A stretch of 64,000 nt of DNA from Octopus vulgaris (Eukaryota). Each line of letters opens with the position of its first letter. Position 1 is the first letter of the stretch. Position numbers and translations under genes: made by a program. Positions 11,901 to 25,730 of this stretch are shown one piece after another. The notes beneath the pieces are model-generated. The model was not told where the DNA came from. It was given only the letters and a program-made list of their open reading frames with translations, and did not search any database. The stretch covers positions 21,576,001 to 21,640,000 of the forward strand of contig OX597826.1 in the NCBI GenBank assembly GCA_951406725.2, read 5' to 3'.

Positions 11901-12823
11901 TTAAATGTGGACACATTAAAATGAAGAGTTTTATAGTATGAAAGTAGAGGTGGTCTTAGACAAGTTGGTACCAGAAGGATTAAGTTAGATGAAGTAATTT
12001 ATATCTCTCTTGGAGAATGTGTAGATTTTTGAAAGGAAAGTTGGTAGCTAATAATGTTAAATCTGAAAGGTAAAAACGAAAGATTTTGTCAAGTAATTCT
12101 TGATTTATGAAGTATAATGGAATATATCTGATTAATACCATTAGAAACTTTGATGGAACTATTAATCCTGATGTTATTTTAGAGTTTGTTAACAAATCTT
12201 AACAGGAATTCAATATTTGGAAATGAATGAATATCAAAAAACTATTTCCTTTGTTAAAAGTTTTTCATCAAAATATTCTTAATGTTAGTTTTTCTTAATC
12301 TCAGAATTGAAATATTTAAATGAATTATTTGGTGTATAAAGAAAACTATTTTTCCACAGATATTAACAACCTTTCAAATTTAATTTTAGTAAATGTTCCC
12401 ACCACCCCTCCCCACCCCTCACTATAACCTGATTTTGTAACTGAAATATTTCTTTAAATTCTTTCATTACTAACCTCGTTTATTATTTAGAATTTGCATG
12501 TTTACCAAACTTCTAGTTGATTCCTTCTTTATTAAATACACATCAGTCTGTGTCTTTACCAAACTTCCAGTCAATTCCTTTATTGTAGCAGCATCAGTTG
12601 CCTTTAATGGACAAACTAACTATTATTCAAATGCCATACAACATTATCATCATCATCATTAACGTTTTCCTTCTGTTCTTCCATACTTGCATGAACTGAA
12701 CAGCTTTTCAACAAAGCATCTCACTACATGTTGTGATCTCGTGTACTAATTGTACTAGTCTCACTCTACATGTCTACATATACACATATGTACATTACAT
12801 ACATTTATGCATACACACACACA

Positions 12824-12867
<44 letters not shown>

Positions 12868-13189
12868 GATATATATATATATGTATGTATGTTTACATGT
12901 ATGTATGTATGTATGTATGTATACACACCACACACACATATATATATACATCAATCTGTGTATCATTCTTAAAGCAGAAACATGGAAAGTCTAATTAACT
13001 GGCAGTATTTGTCCTGAGACAGAATATCTTGTAGACATACAGGGGTTTAAAAATATATCAGTAGCAGAGAAATCTATAAGCAATACAACTGCAGGACAAA
13101 CAACAGTTAATCAGGCTTTTCATGATGGATCTGCATTAAGCATGAGACACAGATTACTATTTTAAACTAATACTGTTTCTGTTGCACAT

Positions 13190-13245
<56 letters not shown>

Positions 13246-13252
<7 letters not shown>

Positions 13253-13550
13253 TAGAGAAGAACCAACCTTTTATCAATTCAACAATGAAATAACAATGAT
13301 ATAATTAAATTATACCATATAGAAAAAAAATTAGATATACAATAAAAACATATACCAATAATTAAGTAAAGTATAAAACAATAAATAAAAAGTATATAAT
13401 AATATTTATTATTTATTATTTTATACATTACTTAATTTTTGGTATATGATTTTATTGTATATCTAATTTTTTTCTATATGGTATAATTTAATTATATCAT
13501 TGTTATTTCATTGTTGAGTTGATAAAAGGTTGGTTCTTCTCTAATTTATA
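13246..13550. repeat. AT-rich inverted repeat (about 140-bp arms)
   Basis: ATAAATTAGAGAAGAACCAACCTTTTATCAA...TTGATAAAAGGTTGGTTCTTCTCTAATTTAT, flanked by (TA)n. Confidence 0.85.
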
Positions 13551-14277
13551 TATATATGTATATGTTAAATGATGATGATGATGATGATGATGGTGGTATG
13601 TACATACACACACACACACACACACACACACTCATATACACACATGTTCTTGACATACAATCCAAGTCTTTTCTCTAAGTTCATTCTGGTAAGTATTTCA
13701 AAATGAATTACTTTATAAGGCTTTATTATTCTTGTTCATGTTTCACCAAAATCTCTTTTCAATTTCTTTTCAATCATCACCTTTTCAATCTCGTATCATT
13801 TTTCATGTTATTTATCCTGAGTGTTTTCCTCTTTTGCATGTCATCTTTGCATGACTTAATGCTTTAATGAAATAAATATTTTACCTCATTAGAAGACATA
13901 ACTGAATGAATTTATAAAATTATTTTTAGCATATGATAATTTTTCATAGATTGATTAAAATGAAAATATGCATGCTATGAGATAATTAAAACCTCTTGTG
14001 AAGCAAAGTTGTTCATTAAAGCCACAGCGCTATTTTCTTACTGCCAGCTCCAGATATTTTATGCTTCAACATAACACTGCTTTAGAAGCAAAGTATAATG
14101 GTCAATTAGTATAATGGTCAATTAGTATAATGCTCAATTCCAGTTAGTACCGTGTCTGATACTAGTGAAACAGAGTCTTTCTTTTGACCATCTTTTGTTT
14201 ATTTTAAATATTTTAAGTCCTTTTAACAAGGACTTTCTGCAGACTAATCAAAGGTCTTTCACTTTAAGGAATCAAAA

Positions 14278-14328
<51 letters not shown>

Positions 14329-14380
14329 CGCTACCGCTGCTGCTGCTAACAATAATAATAATAATAATAATAATGATAAT
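14278..14380. repeat. (TAC)n/(AAT)n compound microsatellite
   Basis: Directly visible. Confidence 0.9.
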
Positions 14381-16585
14381 CCTTTCTTTTTTATTGCATT
14401 ATCTACTTTTGTCATCTTTTAAGGTTAATTGTGCATTCCTCTTTTGAAGTACATTTAAGTTCAGGTACTCAATCCTTATGGGGGTGAGTCCCTCCCTTTG
14501 AAAGACTTCTGGTCACTTTCTTGCCATTTGTTTGGGCTCACTTTGTTTATGTTGCTCTCCCTCTCTCATCATTTCTTTTGTTAGTTGCTCCCCATCCTTT
14601 CCTGTTTTTTAACTCCACAAAAGCACACAAAGTATTGTTACTCATAATTTCTGGCTGGTCTTGTGCTAAAGTGGAGAGACCTCTCCACTTCACATTCATC
14701 ATTAGTTCTTGATGCTGATGGCACTTAAGAAAAGATGATTTTTCTTGTCTCTGCCCTGGCAATTCCAAAAGCTGTAAACAATGACACACAAGAAATAGCA
14801 ATGAAATCAGAAGTGTGCTGCACCAAGTTGAACTGTCTCATCCCCTCACCTTTAGTCTTAAAAACCAGTCTCACACTGGTTTCCATCAAGCATCAATCAG
14901 GGCAACCTCTTACACTTCCTCTGTGAATATATGGAACCGCTTCTGTAGAGACGTTGCATGTTACTTTCCTCTTTCTGTTCTGGGATTCATCAAAGAAAGA
15001 GTACTGTTCCTTGTAACGTAATTGACCATTCCATCTTTTCCTTGAGTTGCATCAACTTAGGCTTCTTGTTTTATTCCATGATATTAGCAAATTATGGAAT
15101 ATTTTCATTACATTGTGTTTGCCTTTTGTCCTGTTTCTTTTGTTTGTTTTTCTTTTGTTTCCCACCCTTTTTTTTGTTCTTTTTTTAAGTGTTTCGCCTT
15201 GTACATGAGTAAATGCTTAAGTCTGAAGCTCTTTCTGAAATGTTGACTTATAATTTTAGAGTATGTTTGTTTACTTAAGTGCTACCACCACTGTTAGGAA
15301 GTACCTCTTCCTGCCACTCCTGAGGTAGCCATTTTGGAATACATGTGAATATTGCAAATGGCTGTTTCTCAAAAAAACTTAATTTGAACTTCTACCCCAG
15401 GTAAAAGGGTGTTATTCATAAATTTTAAAGCCATTTGATAGTAAAAGATAGAAATTAATTCTGCTAGAAGAAGGGTTAATCATTTTGTTAATTATTTTGT
15501 TAAACAGAAACTAGAAAAAGCAAGTCAGTGGGGTCAGGGTTAGCTGTATGGTTTGGAAGTTCAGCAAGTAACCACAGAGTTGCAGATATGATCCCACTGT
15601 ATGGTGCCTTGGGAAAATATCTTCTATTGACCTTATGGGTAGAATTTGATCAATAGAAACTGTGTGGAAGCCCAACACACACAAAAGCAATGAAACAACG
15701 AATATAAACATCAGTGAACAATCCAAGAAATTTCTGCATCTCAAAGTTCTTTGTAATACATATTCTGCACTGAGTAATAAACACTCCCTTGTTAGTCTCA
15801 CTATGAAAATGCAATGAACCAGTGATTGGTTTGTTGGAAACCGATAACCAGTAAAGACACTGATGTTCACCAATTGCCATATCTATAATAAATTGTAAGC
15901 AAGAAACTCGAAATATTTTTGAAATCTGAGATGTCATTTTACCTTCTGAGACTGTTAATAAAACAAGAATTAATGGATGAGACTGATAAAAGAGATCTAA
16001 TTTGAGAACAGCTCATCAGATAGTGTATGACTTGATAAATGTCAAATATGTTGTTGGAAAGTAAGGGATGACAATAAATATTGATCTCTTGGCACGTGTT
16101 ATCTAGCAGACTTTCATCTGGTTTATCACTTGCAGATCAAAATAAACTGTTTGGAATGTGAAGGAGTGGGAGTGTGTAGAATTGATTATTATCAATCAAT
16201 TACAAGATTGCTGACTGCTACATGGAACAGAAGTCAACTAATGCTCAATAGTTCAATAGAATATTGTATTGGTCAAAATATGAATTATTGAGTTGATACA
16301 GAATAATGTATACAATAATCATTTGTCTGGTTAAATGTTTTGTGTCATTAATTTATATCAATGACTAATAACACTGGCTCAACTAATGAATTAGGCTCAA
16401 TTAATAACACTGGCTCAACTAGTGTAGCTCAAATAATATCATGGAGTTTTTCTGCATAAATTAATGAGTGAATCAAATATCACTAATGGCAAACTCAACT
16501 TTAAGGAGTAAATCAACTAACATGACCCGAAATTCAACTCAAAACTCTGTTAACAAATTAATCAGTTATGACTCTGTGTGTATGC

Positions 16586-16616
<31 letters not shown>

Positions 16617-17099
16617 TGCATATTATGGTTGCTGTTATCACTACATGTTTTATGTTATGCAAAGTTCCATTTTGTATCTGGAACCATGGCCATCTCTACT
16701 TTTATTTGTTTGTTTTATTATCTTTTCCCCTATTTATCCTTAAATTCGTTTTCACACATCTTCAAAGGTTGAATGATCATTTTCTTTCAAAGGGGGGGGG
16801 GGGAACGACCGCAATGCTGGTCCCTTTCTAGTCAGGGCCTCTCACTATTCGTCTGGTAGAGGAAGTTATCTTGTAAAATATTGGAAATGCAACAAAAGTT
16901 AAAGAAAAGGGTGAAATAATGTTTAAAACAGACTTTCTATTTAGTTCCAGGGTTAAAGTAAATGTACCAACATTCCAATGTCTGCTGTTTAGTTAAAAGG
17001 AGTCATTTTCAGTCAATAAATGTTGTTAATAATCCAAAACTTTGAGGAGAGTTTTATAACATTTCCAAGCATAAATATATAAATAAATAAATAGATAAT

Positions 17100-17275
17100 A
17101 ATAATAATAATAATAATGATCCTTTCTACTGGATTTTGTGGGGATGGGGGTAAGTCGATTACATTGACCCCTAGTACTTGACTGGTACTTAATTTATCGA
17201 CCCCAAAAGGATGAAAGGCAAAGTAGGCCTTGGTGGAATTTGAACACAGAATGTAGCAATGGGCAAAATACCACT
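17100..17275 (-). mobile_element. tRNA-derived SINE, degenerate copy of the 34679 family
   Basis: Reverse complement of the CTTTCATCCTTT.GGGGTCGATAAA.TAAGTACCAG core. Confidence 0.6.
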
Positions 17276-17285
17276 AATAATAATA

Positions 17286-17329
<44 letters not shown>

Positions 17330-17484
17330 TAGAGCAGCAATAATGGCGTTAAAGATGACGATAATGATGTTAGAAAGAAGGATAATGGTCTTATGACTAT
17401 TATATGTTTATGTGGCAAAAAGTTTAATTTTTTATATAACTTTATGTATTTTTATAACTTTATATTTTTGTTTTTTAAATTCAG

Positions 17485-17679
17485 AGCCAAGCTGATGAAG
17501 AATGGAAATTTGCCCGTTCCAGACTCTGGATAAGTTACTTTGCAGAGGGAGCCACAGTTCCTCCACCATTTAACATTTTTCCAAGTCCAAAGTCTTTTAC
17601 GAATACAGTTGCATCCGTCAAGAATTTGCTTTTGGCTCACACAGCAGAACAGAAGACAGCCAAATGGAAGAATGTTCGG
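17485..17679 (+). CDS. TRPC/TRP-like channel, TRP-box exon
   Basis: ttcag|AGC...CGG|gtgagt, 195 nt, phase 0 to 0. Encodes [37 protein letters not shown]..., with the invariant EWKFAR TRP box and PPPFN box 2. Confidence 0.95.
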
Positions 17680-17730
17680 GTGAGTCCATTAATTCAAACA
17701 TTCAGGAAGATCCATTATTGTAGTGCAGAC

Positions 17731-17840
17731 CCAGTCAATTTTGGTCAAGCCCTGATCAGCCCTAGTCAATCCTGGTCATCTCTAGCCATTCTTGGTCAAG
17801 CCCTGGTCAGCCTTGGACAGTTTTGATTAACTCTGGCTCA
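17731..17840. repeat. Degenerate 10-bp tandem repeat (CCTGGTCAGC-like)
   Basis: Repeated cctgatcagc / cctagtcaat / cctggtcatc / ccctggtcag units. Confidence 0.6.
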
Positions 17841-18646
17841 GTCGACTTATGACATAAAAAAACTCCTCCAATGTCTATGTTAAAATTAGTCTTCAACAAT
17901 AATTCCGCTCCCTTCCAGAACGTTTTCTAGAAAATATTAAATAATCCGATATTTACTTGGTTCTTCATTTATATTGTGCCTGGAACAATGACAGGCAAAG
18001 ATGACCTCAACAAGATTTGAACTTAGAACTTGAAATAACACAACTCAAAAAACCACAAATATTTTGTCTGTTGCTCTACTGATTCTCTCGAGTCATTGCC
18101 TGGAATAAATCCAGAGACATTTAGGAAGGTTCATATTGTTGATGTTGTTGTTGTGTCCCTTTGGTTGTCCCTGGTCAGCTTCATTGAAGCAAACTAACAA
18201 TTCATAGGAAATGGATAAAAAGTCTAAATACACCCAACACATTTTTCTGTATGGATATTTCACACCTTAATTATTATTATTATTTCTTGAATTCTTTATT
18301 ATTGCTTTGAAAGTTATTAGAGTATCTGACAAAATGCCTTGTGGTATTAAATTATGGTTCCTTAATTCAGAGTTCAAATCTTGCTTGAGTCAACTTTACC
18401 TTTCATCCCTCTGAGGAGACTAAAATAAGGTACAAGTCAGCTCCTGGGGTGGATTTGTCTGCCCCTTCCACCCTACCTTGTCCCACCCCCTCCAACTTGT
18501 GTCTTGTTAACAATTGCTTTTTTACTATTTTTTATTACTTTTTCTTTATTGTTACATTAATTTTTTTCAATTCTTTATGATTCTATTGTTGTTTTAATAT
18601 TCTTCATTATTATTTCAATATTGTTTCTCTCATGTCTATTTTTCAG

Positions 18647-18688
18647 TCTACTGTTTCCAACATTAACAAGAGAGAAATCCGTTACCAG
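18647..18688 (+). CDS. TRPC/TRP-like channel, 42-nt exon
   Basis: tttttcag|TCT...CAG|gtgaag. Encodes STVSNINKREIRYQ and joins in frame to give YQ-VVIRKLISRYI, the TRPC rib helix. Confidence 0.8.
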
Positions 18689-19355
18689 GTGAAGTTTGAT
18701 ATTTATTATTTCTGAGAGAAATTACTGTAAGCTTTATATTGACCTTTAAAAAACATTAATTGATAAATTTGTTATTGGTTGTTGAGGTAACACATAGCCC
18801 TTTATTTCAAGATTCTAGGGAGTTTATTCAGTGGGTAGAAATGTTAGTTAAGTTGAGTTCTACTCTAGAAGCAGCCATCTACTCCCTTAAGAATTCCCCT
18901 CCCATATACTCCCCCACACTCCTGCTCTATTTTTTGAAACAGACATTAATAAAATCAATTTTCCATTTGGGAGAGTTTGAACTAAACACTGTAAGGTAAC
19001 AAAACATCTTGTTCATTCTACAGTGCTCCAACCTCAGATTTATGGAATGATAACTAACCTAGACAGACTTAGCTCACCGACGACATAACACTATGTATAT
19101 AATGATATGAAAATAATAAACAACCATTCCCCCTCCCCTCTTCAACTAGAAGACTTACCTCCCCAGTTAAGTTCACATCTAGTTTTCTTCATTCTTGAAA
19201 TAGAGAGAATACCTACACCCCCTTCCTCCCATCTTTTCGATCTGTATTTTGCTTTCTATGTTTTCTCTTTGATATTTTGGTTGTAATCAAAGAATTTTTG
19301 TGATTTATCTGAGTTTCCAATTAACAGCTGCTTTGGTTATGTTTTTCTTGCACAG

Positions 19356-19634
19356 GTGGTTATCCGTAAACTTATTAGTCGATACATCATGAACAAACAA
19401 CGCCCACAGAAAGACGAAATAGTCTCCCAAGATGATGTTAATGAACTTAAACAAGATATTTCAACATTCCGTTTTGAGCTGATGCAAGTGTTAAATAGTA
19501 ATGGTTTCGAAACACCTGTAATACATCAAGCGAAAACCTCGAGTAAGAAAGATCGAATGTGGAAGAACCTTTCAGTGGCAACTGATACTAATCCCGAACA
19601 GCTTTTGGAAGAAGCTGGCTTGATTGATGAATAG
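19356..19634 (+). CDS. TRPC/TRP-like channel, coiled-coil exon and terminal exon of the short isoform
   Basis: ttttcttgcacag|GTG...; encodes VVIRKLISRYI...DDVNELKQDISTFRFEL (TRPC C-terminal coiled coil), stop TAG ending 19634. Internal donor TCGA|gtaaga after 19542. Confidence 0.9.
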   Translation: MVIRKLISRYIMNKQRPQKDEIVSQDDVNELKQDISTFRFELMQVLNSNGFETPVIHQAKTSSKKDRMWKNLSVATDTNPEQLLEEAGLIDE

Positions 19635-21224
19635 TTACTTGGTTGCCTGGAAACACTTTAAAACATTCCTTTTATTAATTAGCATATAAAACAAGATAAT
19701 TAAATATAATTTTTAAAATGATTTTTTAAAAAAATAGTAAGGTTTAAAGTTTTGTCTAGCTATCAGTGAGGCTGTGCAACTTGTTCAGTGTTTACTTTTG
19801 GTTTTCCTGTCTGAATGGAACAAAACCTTTCGTTGAGAAACACAATCAGAATTCTCATAATAAGAGAAGATAACTCGTCTTGTCTTAATTCCATCCAGTC
19901 TATGTTGCCTAGCAACACGTTGTAGGTGTGATCATGGCGAGCTTTGACCATTTCCATTTCCAGCTCACTGAAATGTCTGTCTTCCTTTGCACCAAACATA
20001 CTTTTGAAAGAATTCATGAAAGTCATAAATTTCCATTTCTTTCCCTCCTTTTCTACTGAAATGGTGGGTCAAATAGGCTGAGATGGGCTCCAACATAGAA
20101 ATGGTAGCTTCTTTGATGACCATTTATTGGTTGGTGGAACAGCTTTCTGTTAAGAAAAGCAAGAATACATTCCAACCAAAAACTTTCCTAAAACCCACTT
20201 CAGTTCTCAGTCTCAGCAATCTGTATTCAGAATGTTGGCCGTTTCTTAAGTCTTCTTTCACAATATTCCAATGGGCAGTCTTCTCTCAAACCTTCAAGAT
20301 TTCCTTGAATCCAGATTTCTTGAGGCTGAAATGGAATTTTCAAGGAAGATATTTTCGTATTTGAAGGATGAACAGAGAACATGTGCAAAACCAACATAAA
20401 CGCCAGTTTCTACTCAAAACATTAAACTATCCTAAACATTCCCAACCTTTTAAATTTCTCTTCTCTGTTGTTTAATCTTGGCTTTGCAACATGCCTGGGG
20501 CTATTGTTAAGAAGACTTCTCTCAAATACAGAATTGTTTATGTACATAATAGTGACATCATAGCAAATATCATCATCATCATCATCATCATCATTATCAT
20601 TGTTACCACTTACATCATTATCACCTAATTATTTTGAGGTGTATACAGCCTCCTCCTCTTCATCCTGCTCAGCCTCCTCCCATCATCATCACCATTATCA
20701 TCATCATCATATAGGATGTTTGGAGAAAAATCCTCTTCCACTCCCATCCCCTCTAATCATTAGGGTCAGAAGTGACAGGAGGCTAATTGGTCGTCTTCTC
20801 ATTAAATTGTGAACACTTCACTAATTGCACATGACTGATTGACAAGACAGATATCATATTTCAAAATATGATTTCTTTTCTATATTCTAAGCTTATATTT
20901 AATATTTCCGAATCTATTATAAATGCTTCTATTTATTTTGGCCTTTAAATTCGAATCAAACAAGGAATTAGCCATAAGTTCAGTTCCATCCTCAGACAAT
21001 AGTTCTTTCTACAGAACTTTTGATTCACCACTCTAACATTAAAGACCCAAAATGTACGTACACACACACACACACACAAGTAAATACATACACACATACA
21101 AAAACAAACATTTCTCTTCACAAATGAGATCACTGCATCAAAAGAAATGGAAATCTTTCAAGAAGCAAAGGACAAAATATTGTTTTGGCAAGGACTCACC
21201 TGGAGGTATGAATAATTAATTTAA

Positions 21225-21485
21225 CAAACCCACACTAGCCACAACCCATACACACTTCCCAATTTAGACACACCCGTACAGTCTCCATCGCACTCACTTT
21301 CTTCCCAAGTAAACTTAGACACATCTAAATGGTTATATTTTATATTAGCCACACCCACACACTTTCCAAGTAGTTTAGACACACCCAAACAGTTCTGTTT
21401 TATGTTAGCCACACCCATACACTTCCCATGCAATTCACACACACCCATATAGTGTCTATATTTGAGTTAGCCACACCCACTCTCT
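21225..21485. repeat. Minisatellite, about 60-bp unit
   Basis: About four degenerate copies of TTAGCCACACCCA.ACACTTCCCA...TTTAGACACACCC. Confidence 0.7.
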
Positions 21486-22481
21486 TCTCATGTGGTCCTG
21501 TTAATCACATACACCTTCAATAGTTGAAAATGTTTCTAAAATTTATCGAGTTCAATTTACAGAAACCTCACAATAATTCCTTACCATAAGCGGTTTTTTT
21601 TTTTATTAAATATAATTTATTGGAAATAATTACTTCATTTACCTAACAATTTCAATTTTGCTTTATTACATAAAAAATAAATATTTAATATTGGTCTTTA
21701 GTCATGTTCCTTAATAAATACAATTCCAGTTTCTAATTGATAGATCAAAAAGGGAAAGTGTTCACAAGGTTTTCATTGAATCAGTCAAATATAAATCATA
21801 AATTTAGTGACCCTGAAGGACAATGCAGTCACTGGGATGACCAAAATTACTGGCAAGTTCTTCAAATCCTAACCTGCTATCACAAAATTTAATTTGATGA
21901 GTTAAATATAAAATTACTAATTTATTTTGATATTATACATGAACCTTCATTTAGAGTTTATAGAATATATGACCTATCCGATAACAATTTAACGATGTAT
22001 TTTCCAGACAGCAAAGTATGCATGAAATAGCAGCAATGTAATTATTTTGTGACTGCAATTATTGTTTGACTTTATGCTTTTTTAAAAATTATATTTTCTA
22101 ATTTAAACGCTTTTGTGAATGGTAATTTAATTTGAATGTGTTAACCCTGGAATGGAACCAGTGACAGAACTAGTGTCTTGAATGTAAACTGGGTGTGAAT
22201 GCTTTAACTATGAAGAGTGATATATCTATGGAGGAGTTAAATAAAGTTGTGAGACATTTAGAAGTAGAAGGTTTCATGTTATGTGAATGGATGATGCACA
22301 GACAATGGAGAGCTAACTTTATCAGGGGAGGGTAACATAGTTGAAGGTAAACCACAGAAATGTAAAGAAAATGAAACTGAATCAGACTTTGGGATTTCAA
22401 GTCATGAATATGTACATACATACATTTATATATATGAATAAATGAAAGAATGGAGTCGAATGAAGATGTTAACAAAATTCC

Positions 22482-22572
22482 TTTACTCTCGACATATATT
22501 TCGAAGACAGCATGTTTTCATTCCAAAAGAATAAAGGGTGCATTATGCAATCTTCTCATCAGGAAAGAAAGG
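22482..22572 (-). ncRNA. Hammerhead ribozyme in the Penelope 3' pLTR
   Basis: Minus strand CTTTC-CTGATGA-GAAGAT...GTCTTC-GAAAT-ATAT-GTC-GAGAG. Confidence 0.65.
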
Positions 22573-22845
22573 GAGCCTCTCTCGACAACAAGACAAACAA
22601 AAATTTCGATGATTGCCTACATGGTAAACAAAGCGATAATGAGTGTTTTTTTTTTAAAAACCGTTAGAAGAATTGGCGTCAAAAATAGATAGTAGGAAGA
22701 GAAGGGATAAAGGAATAATAGGTAGGGAACAAGTGGAGAGGGAAGGGTACGTTGATTGAAAGAATGTTCGAAGGCTTAGGAAGGAATTTCTCTATAGAAG
22801 TGGGGTGGACGTAAAGCTAATTGTTCAAATCAGTGACTATCGTTA

Positions 22846-24279
22846 TCATTTATATGAGTAGAAAGTGTGTTTCTGCCATTTGTATGATTTTTCTATGAGT
22901 GTGTTTACTAGGGGAACCTTAGAGAAAAGAATATGGAAGAGTTCAGAGTTACAAATGTTACAAAATCTCCTGCCCTTATCAAAAGGAAAGAATACAGACA
23001 GTATGAACCAATCTAACTTGAAAATTATATTGTTGTCTTTAAGACGCCAAACTAATTTACTTAGCCCTGTACTATGTCGTTTTTTACTATCCCTGAATGT
23101 TGAATAGTGGTTTGAAATTCTCTTGGATAACTGGGAAGTGGACGCTCCTATATAGAAGAAGACATCGTTACTGGAAGAAATTCTACACTGGTAAATAGAA
23201 TTCTTAATCTTAGAATTACTAGACAAAAATTTAGTTCTGTTGGGGTTGTCCTCCGAGATTGAAACGAAGTTTTTATTGTTATGATTGTTGTTACTATTAT
23301 TATTAGCGCTAACAACTACACTATTTCTATTATTAGTAGTATTATTAATGGTACTACAACCAGTAATACCACCGACAATAATACCGTTATTGCTGTTACC
23401 ATCAACACTATCATTGTTATTAACACGACTAATACTATTATTAATATTATCATTGTTAACACTTTCGCTGCTACTAATGCTGTTACTATTAATACTATTC
23501 CTATTATTATGATTGTATGATGGGTTGGAATTAGCAAGATTAGTGTTGGAACTCCCGGGTGAAGAATCTTTGTTTAGCAGCTTGGTATTGTGGGAAGATA
23601 TAATTTGTGAAAGATTCCTAGTGTTAGAGAAAGCGATTCTGACCTTATGTGAATTGATAATAGAATGATATCTAGAATTTCTGGGAAAGTTCCTAGCAAC
23701 GGCTTCACGGAACTGTAAGGGAAGGTTCGATTTAATTTGTTTTCCGAAAGGTATTACGAACCAGATACAGTTTTTTGTGGCCTTTGAATTGTTCTTAGTG
23801 TTATTTGTGATAGTAAGGGGAAAATTTCTGGGTTGAAAATTTGGGGTTGCATGGCGCTTACCTCCCCTAGTCCGTAAAGAATTTATTTTATGTACAGGGT
23901 TGCTGGCACTATTAGAATTGAAATCATTATTCCTATTACGAGTAACTTTATTATCTGGAGAAGCAGATGTTGGTTTAGAATGAGCTGGGTCGATGTATGA
24001 CACTTTCTCCTTATAACAGGCTCTTAACAAGGCGGCATTATAGAAGTCTGCCTTTTGGTTAAAGATGTCGACATTAGCAGATAATTTGGACAGTCTCAGA
24101 GATATGTTTTTAACTAAATTATCGGTAATTCGCCTGGCATGATTACTGAAAATGCTAATATACTTAAGATTTGTGGAAGGTTTATGATAAGGGAAGTATG
24201 AGTTATTCTGCAAATTGAGGGTAATGTCTAAGAAGTTGGCTTTAGTTAATTCATCGTCAAAAACTATGCGCAAGCCCAT
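22846..24279 (-). pseudogene. Penelope ORF C-terminal part: RT thumb, Asn-rich linker, GIY-YIG endonuclease
   Basis: 477-aa ORF in the track. Upstream RT motifs lie in other frames at 24290-25250. Confidence 0.8.
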
Positions 24280-25413
24280 TCTACTAAAAAAACCTAACTA
24301 ATCTGTTCTTAACCTTCGGTATGTTTTGGTTCGAAACGTTTTGGAGGTAAAGCAGACAATCGTCGCGATAAAGACCTCCCCAGATGTCTGGGAATTAGTC
24401 GGCCATTTCATAAAGAATATAAATTCCGACCAAATCGGCTATCTGGGCGCTGTCTGTACTTCCCATTAGTACATCAAACGCATTAGGGGTATCTCTACAG
24501 ACCCACAACTTGCTATCGAACTGGATGAAAGATTTCCTAGCAGTCAATATCACACTAATTTCCTCCCTGGAGAGGCCTGCCTTATTGTGTGCGTGCCATA
24601 GGGCCTTATTAAGTATAATAGGGTTGATTGAAGAATAGAAACTAGATATATCGAATTGGATAAATTTAGTGTTGGCCTTATCAGTAATAGAAGTAAACCA
24701 ATCTACGACTTGAACAGAAGTTTTAATTTATTAATTAATATAGGGATATACTTATCTAATATGTATTTACTAAGGGTACCGATGTCTGAACTGGAAGGGC
24801 ATATGAGCCGCAATGCTGGGTTAGTATGAAAGTTCTGTTTGTGGTCCTTTAAGATGAATCTGGGTTGCCTAGGGTTCAATGGTTCCGTCTTCATCTGTAA
24901 TCCGTAAGTCTCCATAATCTGCTTAGTTTCTAAGTTGGCCTGCCTGAGAGTATTCCTACTGGTGGTTCTGTAATTCTTATGTATCTTCTTTTCGAGCAGT
25001 TCCAAATAATGGCTCTTGGTAAGCTTATAGATGTTGCCGGTTTTATCTGATTGGACCAGGATAGAATCTAAGCTGTTTATATCTCTAGAGACGTTATCGA
25101 GGTATCTGAAGTGCTTATTCCTGACGGGTGATTTATGAAATTTAATATTCTTTACGATGTCCCAAAGATCATCTTCGAATTTCTTCAATCTAGGATTAGG
25201 TGGAGGAGTTCCCCTCGACTTAAATAGTTTTTTATATTCAAGGGAGACGTCGTTACTGGTCCGTTTTAGGTCCTCATTGTTGTGGAAGAAGGCGTCTATC
25301 TATTTTTGACGTCAATTCTTCTAACGGTTTTTTAAAAAAAACACTCATTATCGCTTTGTTTACCATGTAGGCAATCATCGAAATTTTTGCTTGTCTTGTT
25401 GTCGAGAGAGGCT

Positions 25414-25508
25414 CCCTTTCTTTCCTGATGAGAAGATTGCATAATGCACCCTTTATTCCTTTGGAATGAAAACATGCTATCTTCGAAACATATGTCGAGA
25501 GTAAAGGA
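25414..25508 (+). ncRNA. Hammerhead ribozyme (type I) in the inverted pLTR
   Basis: CTGATGA 25425-25431, stem II GAAGAT/ATCTTC, GAAAC 25485-25489, palindromic stem III ACATATGT, cleavage triplet GTC 25494-25496. Confidence 0.75.
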
Positions 25509-25674
25509 ATTTTGTTAACATCTTCGTTCGACTCCATTCTTTCATTTATTCATATACAACACACAAATTTCTGCACATGAACCTGGAGTTTCTACCCTTG
25601 ACAGGTCGCTTCAAGCGTGTTTCTGACGTGAATTTGCTACCCAGGTTTCGGTTAAACGAATTTTCCATACTTAA

Positions 25675-25730
<56 letters not shown>

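Larger units (their letters stand above)
22431..25556 (-). mobile_element. Penelope-like retroelement (RT + GIY-YIG) with inverted pLTRs, frameshifted
   Basis: Minus-strand segments with DKTGN, IQFDISSFYSSI, MGS, YRDD, FLDITLNL and a GIY-YIG-like IYQC...YIGAST...RISNH. About 262-bp inverted repeats at 22431-22692 and 25296-25556. Confidence 0.9.

Noticed and set aside
14420-15400. Cluster of short ORFs in the large TRP intron, checked as further pore exons
   Set aside because: No TRP-like motifs and no consistent splice phase; probably old repeat debris.
21225-21485. Regularly spaced repeats resembling a CRISPR array
   Set aside because: The whole unit is repeated with no unique spacers, the context is eukaryotic and there are no cas genes; it is a minisatellite.
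22450-25537. Duplicated MESNEDVNKIPLL ORFs on opposite strands
   Set aside because: They are incidental ORFs within the two inverted pLTRs of the Penelope element.
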